DNA of 64,000 nucleotides from contig CAZRJB010000006.1 of assembly GCA_964600435.1 (NCBI GenBank), positions 3,359-67,358 on the forward strand, in the 5' to 3' direction. Within the stretch, counting starts at the first letter, position 1, and each line of letters starts with the position of its first letter. The notes under the pieces were generated by a model. It did not search any database and was not told where the DNA came from. It saw only the letters and a program-made list of their open reading frames with translations. Origin of the DNA: an uncultured Lachnospiraceae bacterium (GTDB lineage: Bacteria > Bacillota > Clostridia > Christensenellales > UBA1242). The position numbers and the translations under genes were made by a program. Below, one piece after another: positions 45,530 through 53,389 of the stretch.

Positions 45530-46337
45530 TTTTAGTCCAATAAGTTTTAAAGAGCGCATAAAGGGCATGCTTTCGGTTGACTTTTATAGGCTTTTTCACA
45601 CACCACTTTTTTATATTTTTTTGGCAATTTCAGCAATTATTCCAGCAATGATATTGTCAATGACAACGGTTGGTGGCGCTGGTGGGGCAGTAGCAGACCC
45701 ACAATACACAAACACATGGCAAGTGGTTGCAAGTCAAGGCGCAAACTATGTTGTGTCAAACATTGCAGAATACGCAAACATGAACATGGTTTTTATTTTT
45801 GGTGGAATAATGTTGTCAATTTTTATTGGACACGACTATAGAAGTGGCTATGTTAAACAACTGTTTACAACACATCCAAAAAAACAAGATTATGTTATTT
45901 CAAAAACAGTTATTGGGGCTTTTTCAATGGCTTGCATGTGCATTGCATATTTGATAGGCTCAATTGCTTCGGGACTTTTTTCGGGAATGTCATTTTCGGT
46001 TAACGTTGGCTCGTTGTTGTGTGGCATTTTAGGTAAAATTGTTATGAGTTTAGGATGGGCTGGTTTATATGTGCTTTTAAACATTATTTTTAGAAAATTT
46101 TTTGGGATATCAATTGCTTTATCGTTTTTTCTTGGAACAGGAATTTTAATTATTGGTGCGGCTGCAATTGTTGGAAACTCGCCAATTTTAAATATGTTCC
46201 TTTATGGCTCTTCGGTTTTTGCAAGCCTTTCTAGTAACCTTTTAACTGTTTTTGTTTGCATTGTTGTTTCAATTTGCTGGACCGTGATTTACAACTTGGT
46301 TGCAACACACATTTTAAACAACTGCGATGTTTATTAA
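45513..46337 (+). CDS. ABC-2-type permease (module 1)
   Basis: 274 aa with about 6 TM helices. It overlaps the ATPase gene by 17 nt. Confidence 0.75.
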   Translation: MENKISFSPISFKERIKGMLSVDFYRLFHTPLFYIFLAISAIIPAMILSMTTVGGAGGAVADPQYTNTWQVVASQGANYVVSNIAEYANMNMVFIFGGIMLSIFIGHDYRSGYVKQLFTTHPKKQDYVISKTVIGAFSMACMCIAYLIGSIASGLFSGMSFSVNVGSLLCGILGKIVMSLGWAGLYVLLNIIFRKFFGISIALSFFLGTGILIIGAAAIVGNSPILNMFLYGSSVFASLSSNLLTVFVCIVVSICWTVIYNLVATHILNNCDVY

Positions 46338-46351
46338 TTGGAGATATATGT

Positions 46352-47254
46352 ATGAATGCTATAGAAATTAAAAATTTAACAAAAAATTTTGACACAAAAC
46401 AAGTGCTATGCGGATTAAACATGACTGTTCCTGTTGGTAGCATATATGGCTTTATTGGGGAAAATGGGAGTGGGAAATCCACAACAGAAAAAATTTTGTG
46501 CGGATTGATTAAAAGTTCCGGCGGGCAGATTAGTTTGTTTGGCAAAGACCATTCTGATATTCAAAATAGATTTGATATTGGAGTTTTGATTGAGTCACCG
46601 GGTTGTTTTCCAAACAACACCGTTTGGAACAATCTTATGCTTCACGCAACCAATTTGGGCATAAAAAACAAAGAAGATGAGGTTAGAAGAGTTTTAACAC
46701 TTGTTCGCATGGAGGGTTCGGCTTCAAACAAATATAAAAACTGTTCACTAGGAATGAAACAAAGAATTGGCATTGCAATGGCTTTAATGGGCAATCCTAA
46801 ATTGCTTGTTTTAGATGAACCAATCAATGGCTTAGATGCAGATGGCATGCGCATAATGAGAGAAGTTTTGGTGGATTTAACAAAAGATAAAAGCAGAACA
46901 GTTTTAATTTCTTCTCACATTTTAGGAGAGTTAGAAAAAATTGCAACACACTATGGAATTATTCGCAACGGAAAAATGTTAAAAGAAATGACGGCGGAAG
47001 AACTTGAAAACAGTTGTCCAAAATTTGTTGCATTAAAGGTTGCAAACATGCAAAAAGCAAAAGAACTGTTGCAAAAAAAATATGCTTCTGTTAAAGAAGA
47101 TAAACAAAAAAATCAACTACGAGTTTACAATGCAGAATCGCCAGAAGAAATTGTTGATTATTTATATAACAACAATTGCATTGTAACAGAAATAAAAACC
47201 GATAAAATTGGTCTTGAAGAATATTATATAGACTTAATGAAAGGAGATAGATAA
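46352..47254 (+). CDS. ABC transporter ATP-binding protein (module 2, paralogue of 44612..45529)
   Basis: The start at 46352 (MNAIEIKNLTKNF) is preceded by GGAGA. It shares long identical peptide runs with module 1 (LNMTVPVGSIYGFIGENGSGKSTT, VLISSHILGELEKIATHYGIIR). Confidence 0.9.
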   Translation: MNAIEIKNLTKNFDTKQVLCGLNMTVPVGSIYGFIGENGSGKSTTEKILCGLIKSSGGQISLFGKDHSDIQNRFDIGVLIESPGCFPNNTVWNNLMLHATNLGIKNKEDEVRRVLTLVRMEGSASNKYKNCSLGMKQRIGIAMALMGNPKLLVLDEPINGLDADGMRIMREVLVDLTKDKSRTVLISSHILGELEKIATHYGIIRNGKMLKEMTAEELENSCPKFVALKVANMQKAKELLQKKYASVKEDKQKNQLRVYNAESPEEIVDYLYNNNCIVTEIKTDKIGLEEYYIDLMKGDR

Positions 47255-47255
47255 A

Positions 47256-48044
47256 ATGGAAAAAACTCACAGTTTTAAAAACAGACTAAAAACCATGTTG
47301 CAGTTCGATTTTCGAAAAATGTTTACAACTTCGTTTTTCTATATAATGCTTGGAATTTCTTTTGTTATGCCAATTTTGATTTTGGTCATGACAACCATGA
47401 TGGACGGCACAATTAGTGTTAATCCAAACACGGGAGCCACAACAGTTATTGAAGGCTTTAAAAATGTTTGGCAAATTATTGGCACTTTAGGTGGCAACAC
47501 AATGGCAATGGATATAACAGGAATGTGCAACATAAATATGATGTTTTTTGTTATTGCCGTTTTTGTTTGTGTTTTTGTTTCAAGCGATTTTAGAAGTGGT
47601 TATTCAAAAAATATGTTTACAATAAGAAGCAAAAAGAACGACTATGTTGTTTCAAAAACAATCACAAGTTTTGTTGCTGGAACATGCATGTTTTTGGCTT
47701 TTTTTGCAGGAGCAATGCTCGGCGGTGTTTTTTCTGGACTTTCGTTTGCACTTGATGGAGTTGGCAAACTAAACATTGTTTGTAGCATGCTTTCAAAAAT
47801 TTTCTTGGTTTTGGTTTTTGTTTCAATATTTGTTATGGCAAGCATTATTGCAAAACAAAAATTGTGGCTTTCAATTTTGTTGTCTTTGGGCATTGGAATG
47901 TTGTTTTATGCAATGGTTCCAATTGTTTCACCATTAAATGCCGGAATGGTTAATGTTTTACTAAGTTTTGTAGGTGGGGGAATGTTTGCCACAGGAATTG
48001 GTGTTGGAAGTTATTACATTTTAAAAAACACAAGCATTGTTTAA
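47256..48044 (+). CDS. ABC-2-type permease (module 2)
   Basis: 262 aa and multi-TM. Its N-terminal pattern matches the module 1 permease (F..R.K.ML..DF...F...FFYI). Confidence 0.75.
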   Translation: MEKTHSFKNRLKTMLQFDFRKMFTTSFFYIMLGISFVMPILILVMTTMMDGTISVNPNTGATTVIEGFKNVWQIIGTLGGNTMAMDITGMCNINMMFFVIAVFVCVFVSSDFRSGYSKNMFTIRSKKNDYVVSKTITSFVAGTCMFLAFFAGAMLGGVFSGLSFALDGVGKLNIVCSMLSKIFLVLVFVSIFVMASIIAKQKLWLSILLSLGIGMLFYAMVPIVSPLNAGMVNVLLSFVGGGMFATGIGVGSYYILKNTSIV

Positions 48045-48066
48045 TTATTTTTGAAACACACTATAA

Positions 48067-48096
48067 AAAAGGGGCAAAAACTTTGCTCCTTTTTTG
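48067..48096 (+). terminator. Terminator after the ABC operon
   Basis: Stem AAGGGGCAAA / TTTGCTCCTT (one G.U pair) followed by TTTT. Confidence 0.7.
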
Positions 48097-48229
48097 TGAA
48101 TAAATTTGTTTTTTTATATATTTTTAACATATGTTGATTTAACTTGTTTTTTTAATTTAAACAGTACCATTAAAAAATTGTTGGTTGTTTTTGTTATGCA
48201 CAAAAACAGAACTTGCGGTTTTAAAATTT

Positions 48230-48667
48230 TTATTTCTTGCGTGATTTTGTTGGAACAAACAAAAGAACAATTGCCAAACCAACTTCAATATAAAACGGAA
48301 CAAGAGAAATTTTTTGCGGTTGAAGTTTGCTGCTAAAAATGGAAAGAGTTTTAAACGCAGAAATATCATCTTTTGTTGCTTTCAAAAGATATGCTCCATC
48401 AGAAGAAACAATGTACACATTGTACATATAATCTTCTGGTTGATAATTCCCCGGCCTTGGTTCAGAATATGATGGATTTTCTGACATAAACGGAATTTTG
48501 TAATATTCCACTTTGCTAATTCCAGCAACTGTTGTTAAAACATCAACCACATTTTGATTTTCCATGTTTGTTTGGCTAAAGCCTTTTTCAAAACTAAACA
48601 ACCGGTAACTACAAAGTGCAAGAAGAACTAAAAAAACAAAACCAGCAAACTTAAAAAATGTTTTCAT
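48230..48667 (-). CDS. Hypothetical membrane-associated protein
   Basis: 145 aa with hydrophobic segments at both the N- and C-terminus. An AAGGAAAA RBS is present. Confidence 0.5.
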   Translation of the reverse strand: MKTFFKFAGFVFLVLLALCSYRLFSFEKGFSQTNMENQNVVDVLTTVAGISKVEYYKIPFMSENPSYSEPRPGNYQPEDYMYNVYIVSSDGAYLLKATKDDISAFKTLSIFSSKLQPQKISLVPFYIEVGLAIVLLFVPTKSRKK

Positions 48668-48844
48668 ATATATTTTTCCTTTTTTTTAAGTATATCATAA
48701 ATAATATAATTTTTAAAGACTTTTGTTAAAATATATTTTATTAAATGTAAAAAAAATAAAAAACGCAAATTTTTAGAAAAATATTGGCAAATTTGTTGTT
48801 TTTTAACAAAAAATCGAAAAAAAGTAACATAAATTGTTGTTATA

Positions 48845-48870
48845 TAAAAAAGACTCCGAAAACGAAGCCT
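48845..48870 (-). terminator. Terminator after tRNA-His
   Basis: The minus-strand RNA AGGCUUCG-UUUU-CGGAGUCU forms 8 bp including two G.U pairs, followed by a U-run. Confidence 0.5.
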
Positions 48871-48881
48871 TTTTTGTTGCA

Positions 48882-48959
48882 TGGGGTGGAATACGGGACT
48901 CGAACCTGCGACCTCCAGAGTCACAATCTGGCATTCTAACCAACTGAACTAATTCCACC
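48882..48959 (-). tRNA. tRNA-His (anticodon GUG) with encoded G-1
   Basis: Reverse complement: GGTGGAATTAGTTCAGTTGGTTAGAATGCCAGATTGTGACTCTGG...TTCGAGTCCCGTATTCCACCCCA. The extra 5' G pairs with C73. One A.C mismatch falls in my T-stem fold. Confidence 0.85.
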
Positions 48960-48970
48960 AAACGACTCTA

Positions 48971-49000
48971 ATATTAGCATATTAAAGTCGATGTTGTCAA
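48971..49000 (-). promoter_or_regulatory. tRNA-His promoter
   Basis: On the minus strand: TTGACA (48995..49000), an 18-nt spacer, then TAATAT (48971..48976). Confidence 0.55.
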
Positions 49001-49040
49001 TGGTTTGTTGACATAATTTTTTTATCTAAAATTCAAATTT

Positions 49041-50618
49041 TTATTGTTCGGCAATTTCTTTTAATTCTTGCATTTCTTTTTCAATATCTAACCTTGCAAA
49101 CAAAGGGTCTTTTTTCTCTAACTTAATTCCGTCAATTTCAAAATTGAACAAGCAATCTTTGTTAATTGTAAATTTATCAACTCCAAAATTTGTTAAGACC
49201 TTTTTTGTGCTTTCTGGCAAAAATGCATTAAGAAGCGTGTATGCTTCCAACATTCCTAAAATTGCATTAAACATGATTGTGTTAACACGTGCTTTATTAG
49301 AATCATCTTTTGCCAATTCCCATGGCTTGCAACTGTCCACATAAGTGTTGCATTCATCAATAATTTTTAAAGCAGATTTATATGATGCTGTTGGTTTTAA
49401 GTTTAGCATTTCTTCTATGCATGTTAACTTAAGTTGCTTAACTTGATTTTTAAACTGCTCGTCACTTTCAGTTGCAACTTTGCCATTTTCAATAACGCCG
49501 TTGTTATATTTTAAAACCATTCCTGTAAGTCTGGAAGAAATGTTTCCAACCTTGTTTGCCAAAATACCATTGTAAGAATTTAAAAAACCTTCTTGAGTAT
49601 ATGGTCCATCTTGCCCAAAAGAAATTTCGCCAATCAAAAAGTTTCTTATTGAATCGGACGTGTATCTTTGGCTTAAAATTCGTGGGTCAATAACTTCTTT
49701 TTTGTCAACCGCTTTGCTTTTGCTAAGTTTGCCATTGTTAAAAATCAACCATCCGTGAGCAAAAATTTGTTTTGGTAAAGGCAAGTTTAAAGCCATTAAA
49801 ATTGCTGGCCAAATAATGGCATGAAATCTAACAATTTCTTTTCCAACAACATGAACATCTGCTGGCCAAAATTTTTTAAACAGCGAATCGTCATCAGACA
49901 AAAAGCCCAATGCGGATAAATAGTTGGATAAAGCATCAATCCAAACATAAATGGTTTGTTCTTTGTCAAAAGGAACGGGAATGCCCCATTTAACTGTTTT
50001 TCTAGACACACACAAATCCTTAAGCCCTTGATTGAAAAAGTTGTTAATCATTTCATTTGCCCTGCTAGATGGAGTTAAAAAATTTGGATTTTCGGCATAT
50101 AGTTTTCTTAATGCTGGTTCATATTTGCTCAATTTAAAAAAGTATGATTCTTCGTTTGCTTCAATAACATCTCGATTGCAATCTGGACATTTGCCGTCAA
50201 CAAGTTGCTCGTCACTCCAAAACGATTCACAAGGAATGCAATACTTTCCTTTATAAACAGATTTATAAATTTCACCTTTTTTATAAAGCATATCAAAAAT
50301 TTTTGAAGCGGTTTGTTCGTGATAAGAATCTGTGGTTCTAATAAATTTGTCGTAAGAAATGTTTAATTCTTTCCATAATTTTTTTGTGTCGTCAATTATT
50401 TCGTTTAAATAATCAATTTCTTTAAGGCCTTTTTCGCTTGCTATTTTGGCAATTTTCTGACCATGTTCGTCTGTTCCGGTTAAAAAATAGACATCGTCAC
50501 CTAAATTTCTATGAAATCTGGCAATTGCGTCACACAAAACAGTTGTGTAACAATTTCCAAGTGTTAGTTTGTTGCTTGGGTAATAAATTGGTGTTGTTAT
50601 ATAAAATTTTTCTGACAT
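49041..50618 (-). CDS. metG: Methionine--tRNA ligase (short form) with a non-canonical HIGH signature
   Basis: It is collinear with Bacillus MetS as I remember it (TGTDEHGQKI, CPDCNRD zinc knuckle, VGKEIVRFHAIIWPA, KLSKS). The HIGH position reads TLGN (codons 50553..50564). Confidence 0.85.
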   Translation of the reverse strand: MSEKFYITTPIYYPSNKLTLGNCYTTVLCDAIARFHRNLGDDVYFLTGTDEHGQKIAKIASEKGLKEIDYLNEIIDDTKKLWKELNISYDKFIRTTDSYHEQTASKIFDMLYKKGEIYKSVYKGKYCIPCESFWSDEQLVDGKCPDCNRDVIEANEESYFFKLSKYEPALRKLYAENPNFLTPSSRANEMINNFFNQGLKDLCVSRKTVKWGIPVPFDKEQTIYVWIDALSNYLSALGFLSDDDSLFKKFWPADVHVVGKEIVRFHAIIWPAILMALNLPLPKQIFAHGWLIFNNGKLSKSKAVDKKEVIDPRILSQRYTSDSIRNFLIGEISFGQDGPYTQEGFLNSYNGILANKVGNISSRLTGMVLKYNNGVIENGKVATESDEQFKNQVKQLKLTCIEEMLNLKPTASYKSALKIIDECNTYVDSCKPWELAKDDSNKARVNTIMFNAILGMLEAYTLLNAFLPESTKKVLTNFGVDKFTINKDCLFNFEIDGIKLEKKDPLFARLDIEKEMQELKEIAEQ

Positions 50619-50648
50619 TTTAACTCCTATTTGTTTTAATTAATGTAT

Positions 50649-50677
50649 ATAATAGTGATTTTTAGTAAAAAAATCAA
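50649..50677 (-). promoter_or_regulatory. metG promoter candidate
   Basis: On the minus strand: TTGATT (50672..50677), a 17-nt spacer, then TATTAT (50649..50654). The leader is short and carries an AGGAG RBS. Confidence 0.5.
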
Positions 50678-50840
50678 GACATTTTGTTGTTGTTTGAAAC
50701 AAAGAATGGGTTTTTGCAAAACCAATGTTTTAAAAACAAAAAAGCACCTAAGTTTTGTTAAGTGCTTTATGTTTTAAATGCATATAAAAAATAATGCAGT
50801 TTTAAAGAGCATTTTTTGCATTTAGTTTAAAAACAAAATT

Positions 50841-51218
50841 TTATGGCTTATCAAAAAAAGCATACATGTTGGCTAGTTGACCAACACAAATAATAAAACT
50901 ATAAAATGTTTCAAGTGCTGTTTTTTCGGCTATTGGTGTGATTAATTCACCAGAGACAATAGAAAACCCATAAATTTTTACAACTGCAGCAATGCAATTT
51001 TTAACATCAGCGGACTTTAACTCATAATATGTGTTCATATATTTTAAAGTGTGTTTTTTGTCGCACATGACAACATTGTTGCCGCTTTTGCGAAGATACA
51101 TTTTTATTGGTGTGCTGTTGTCTATTTTTGCTTCGGTAACAATTTCAATTTCTTCTTCGCTAATTTTTTTAAGTTTTGCAACTTTAGAAATTTGATTGGC
51201 AATAGAACTAAAATTCAT
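50841..51218 (-). CDS. Hypothetical protein, possibly DUF1828-like
   Basis: 125 aa with an AAAGGGGA RBS. The sequence pattern (MYLRKSGNNVVMCDKKHTLKYM ... SGELITPIAEKTALETFYSFIICVGQLANMY) resembles DUF1828 as I recall it. The call is tentative. Confidence 0.35.
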   Translation of the reverse strand: MNFSSIANQISKVAKLKKISEEEIEIVTEAKIDNSTPIKMYLRKSGNNVVMCDKKHTLKYMNTYYELKSADVKNCIAAVVKIYGFSIVSGELITPIAEKTALETFYSFIICVGQLANMYAFFDKP

Positions 51219-51299
51219 ATTTTTCCCCTTTCTAAGTCAAGAATATCACAAAAATATTTTTTTTACAAACATTTTTGGCAAAATATAACCCAAACATAA

Positions 51300-52376
51300 T
51301 TAAGTTTTTTCAACAATTTTTATATTTGACAAAAATTTGCTTGCCGGCTTTGAATAAGAAACAAGTTCATATTTGCTACTAAATTTTGTAGGAAGTGTAT
51401 ATTTTCCAGCCAAAAAGTCTTCAACAGTGTAACACAATGCATTTGATGAACAATCATTTTCTTCGTTTATGCATGCAATGTTTTGGCGAATATAGTCATT
51501 TTTTTGAGAAATAGGTGTGTTTTTGTCGGTTTTTTTAGAATTTTGCTTTGTTCTGCGAGATTTATCATAAATAAAATCTTTTTCGTTTTGAGTAACAAGA
51601 ATCATGCCCGACAAACTAGCACCCGCCATAATTAACGAGTCACCAAATTCGCCTAAAGAGTTTTTGCTTCTTGACATTTGTTTGCGGTTGTCGGACGTAA
51701 TTTTTTTACGATATTGTTTTGCTAGGTCGTGTAAATTTAAAACGGTTTTTTTGGAGTGAGTGCTAATTATGTGGCAGCGCTTTGTTAAATTATAAATTTC
51801 TTCGGTTGAAAAATAAAGCCAAGATGGGTTGTTTTCTTTTGGTTTTGTATGATTTAAAATTTCTCTAAATGCAATGTTTAACAAATGCAAGTTAACTTCG
51901 CCGTTGGCTGCACGCAAATAAAGCTTTCCATTTTGAATGCTGTCTCTTAATTCTCTATATTTTTTAAAGTCATGGGGGTTCTTTTTATAAAAAGCAAGTT
52001 GCTCTTTTTTATGTTTAATGTCTGTTTTTAATTCAAGTTTTCTTTGTTCGGGTATATTAACAGGATTATTGTTTTTGTCAACATTTTTATAAGCCAACAA
52101 TGTATTGCTTTTAATCTTGGATTTTATGTGCTCAACTTGGTTTTGGTAAAATGCTTTAAAATTTTCAAGCTTGTCTTCAAAACTGAGATTTTTATTTTTT
52201 TCATAAAACTGTGGAAATTTTTTAAAATAGTTTTCAATGCTTTCTTTTTCTTGTTCAAGTTTTTCTTGATGATGTTTTAACAATTCTGGAACGTTGTCAA
52301 TACCATGTTCTGTGGCAAAATTGTCATATTTAACCATTCCAAAGAAAACGCAAGTATCAATAATAATATTTTCCAT
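51300..52376 (-). CDS. PIN-like nuclease-fold protein with a ~230-aa insertion
   Basis: The start MENIIIDTCVFFGMV (ATG 52376) has an AAGGAG RBS lying inside the end of the upstream ORF. The C-terminal PIN-like elements are GDSLIMAGASLSGMILVTQNEKDF. The intervening Lys/Glu-rich region looks helical. Confidence 0.5.
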   Translation of the reverse strand: MENIIIDTCVFFGMVKYDNFATEHGIDNVPELLKHHQEKLEQEKESIENYFKKFPQFYEKNKNLSFEDKLENFKAFYQNQVEHIKSKIKSNTLLAYKNVDKNNNPVNIPEQRKLELKTDIKHKKEQLAFYKKNPHDFKKYRELRDSIQNGKLYLRAANGEVNLHLLNIAFREILNHTKPKENNPSWLYFSTEEIYNLTKRCHIISTHSKKTVLNLHDLAKQYRKKITSDNRKQMSRSKNSLGEFGDSLIMAGASLSGMILVTQNEKDFIYDKSRRTKQNSKKTDKNTPISQKNDYIRQNIACINEENDCSSNALCYTVEDFLAGKYTLPTKFSSKYELVSYSKPASKFLSNIKIVEKT

Positions 52377-52380
52377 AACC

Positions 52381-52593
52381 TTACTCCTTGTCGCCTTTTT
52401 TTGGGACAATTATTTTTGCATGTAAATTGTTTTTTTCTATGATTTCATTAACAATTTTTGCTTCTTCAATAAGTTCGTCGCAAGATTTTTCTTTTTTTCT
52501 TTCGTTTGTAATTTGTTCGTTAACAAATTTTTCTTTGTTTATATATCTGTCAAATTCTTCATCAACCTTTTTCCAATCAATTGGTTCTTTCAT
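52381..52593 (-). CDS. 70-aa highly charged protein, candidate partner (antitoxin-like) of the PIN-like gene
   Basis: Its stop at 52381..52383 lies 4 nt before the downstream ATG. I recognised no DNA-binding motif. Confidence 0.45.
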   Translation of the reverse strand: MKEPIDWKKVDEEFDRYINKEKFVNEQITNERKKEKSCDELIEEAKIVNEIIEKNNLHAKIIVPKKGDKE

Positions 52594-52766
52594 TATTTAA
52601 CTCCTTTAAAACAATCATTTTCAGTTTTATTGTAACAAATTGATTTTGATTTTTCAAGTGCTATTTTTGAATTTCGTAACTAGTCATTAATATTGTATTG
52701 TCATAAAAAAATCTTGCAATATTATAATACTTATGTTATAACTTAATCAACTGATTAGTTATTGAG

Positions 52767-53363
52767 GTGGCAATGAGGGTAATAAACAAAGAAACACACG
52801 AGCAAAAAAAAATTGAAATAATGGAAAAGTGCTTTGAATGTTATGCAGAAAAAGGTTTTAACTCGGTTGGAATAAGGGGGATTGCCAAGGCATGCGGTTT
52901 GTCTTCGGGCAGTCTATATACATATTTTGACGATTTTGACGATTTAATTATTCAAGCAACAGAGCATTGCATGAGCAAGGTGGAAGATGATTTTATGGCA
53001 AAAGCACCAAAAAATGCACAAGACATTATGCCATTTATTGATGAAGTTCCATATTGGACGGCAAAGAATCATGGAAAAAAATATCGTTTGATGTATCAAA
53101 TATACACCAATCCAAAATACATTCAAAGTGGCAAGCGGTTTTTTGAAGGGGTTAACGAAAGATACACAGAATATGCAAAGCTTTTAGAGACAAAAGTGGG
53201 CATTCCACATAAAATATTGATAGCATTTATTTTTATTCTAATTCGTGCAAGCGTGCATTACGCTTTGTTTGGAGATGAGTTTTATCTTAATTCTGAACTT
53301 TTTGTTTTAAAGCAGTCAATTTTATTGTTCTATGAAAAAAACAATAAAAAGAAAATTTCTTAA
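52767..53363 (+). CDS. TetR/AcrR-family transcriptional regulator
   Basis: The HTH is GFNSVGIRGIAKACGLSSGSLYTYFDDFDDL. The start is GTG 52767 or ATG 52773. Confidence 0.85.
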   Translation: MAMRVINKETHEQKKIEIMEKCFECYAEKGFNSVGIRGIAKACGLSSGSLYTYFDDFDDLIIQATEHCMSKVEDDFMAKAPKNAQDIMPFIDEVPYWTAKNHGKKYRLMYQIYTNPKYIQSGKRFFEGVNERYTEYAKLLETKVGIPHKILIAFIFILIRASVHYALFGDEFYLNSELFVLKQSILLFYEKNNKKKIS

Positions 53364-53389
53364 AAATCATATAAAAAAGGAGTTAATAT

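Noticed and set aside
48664-48924. 86-aa ORF overlapping tRNA-His
   Set aside because: Its N-terminal part is simply the reverse complement of the tRNA sequence and the downstream AT-rich spacer. The tRNA call explains the region.
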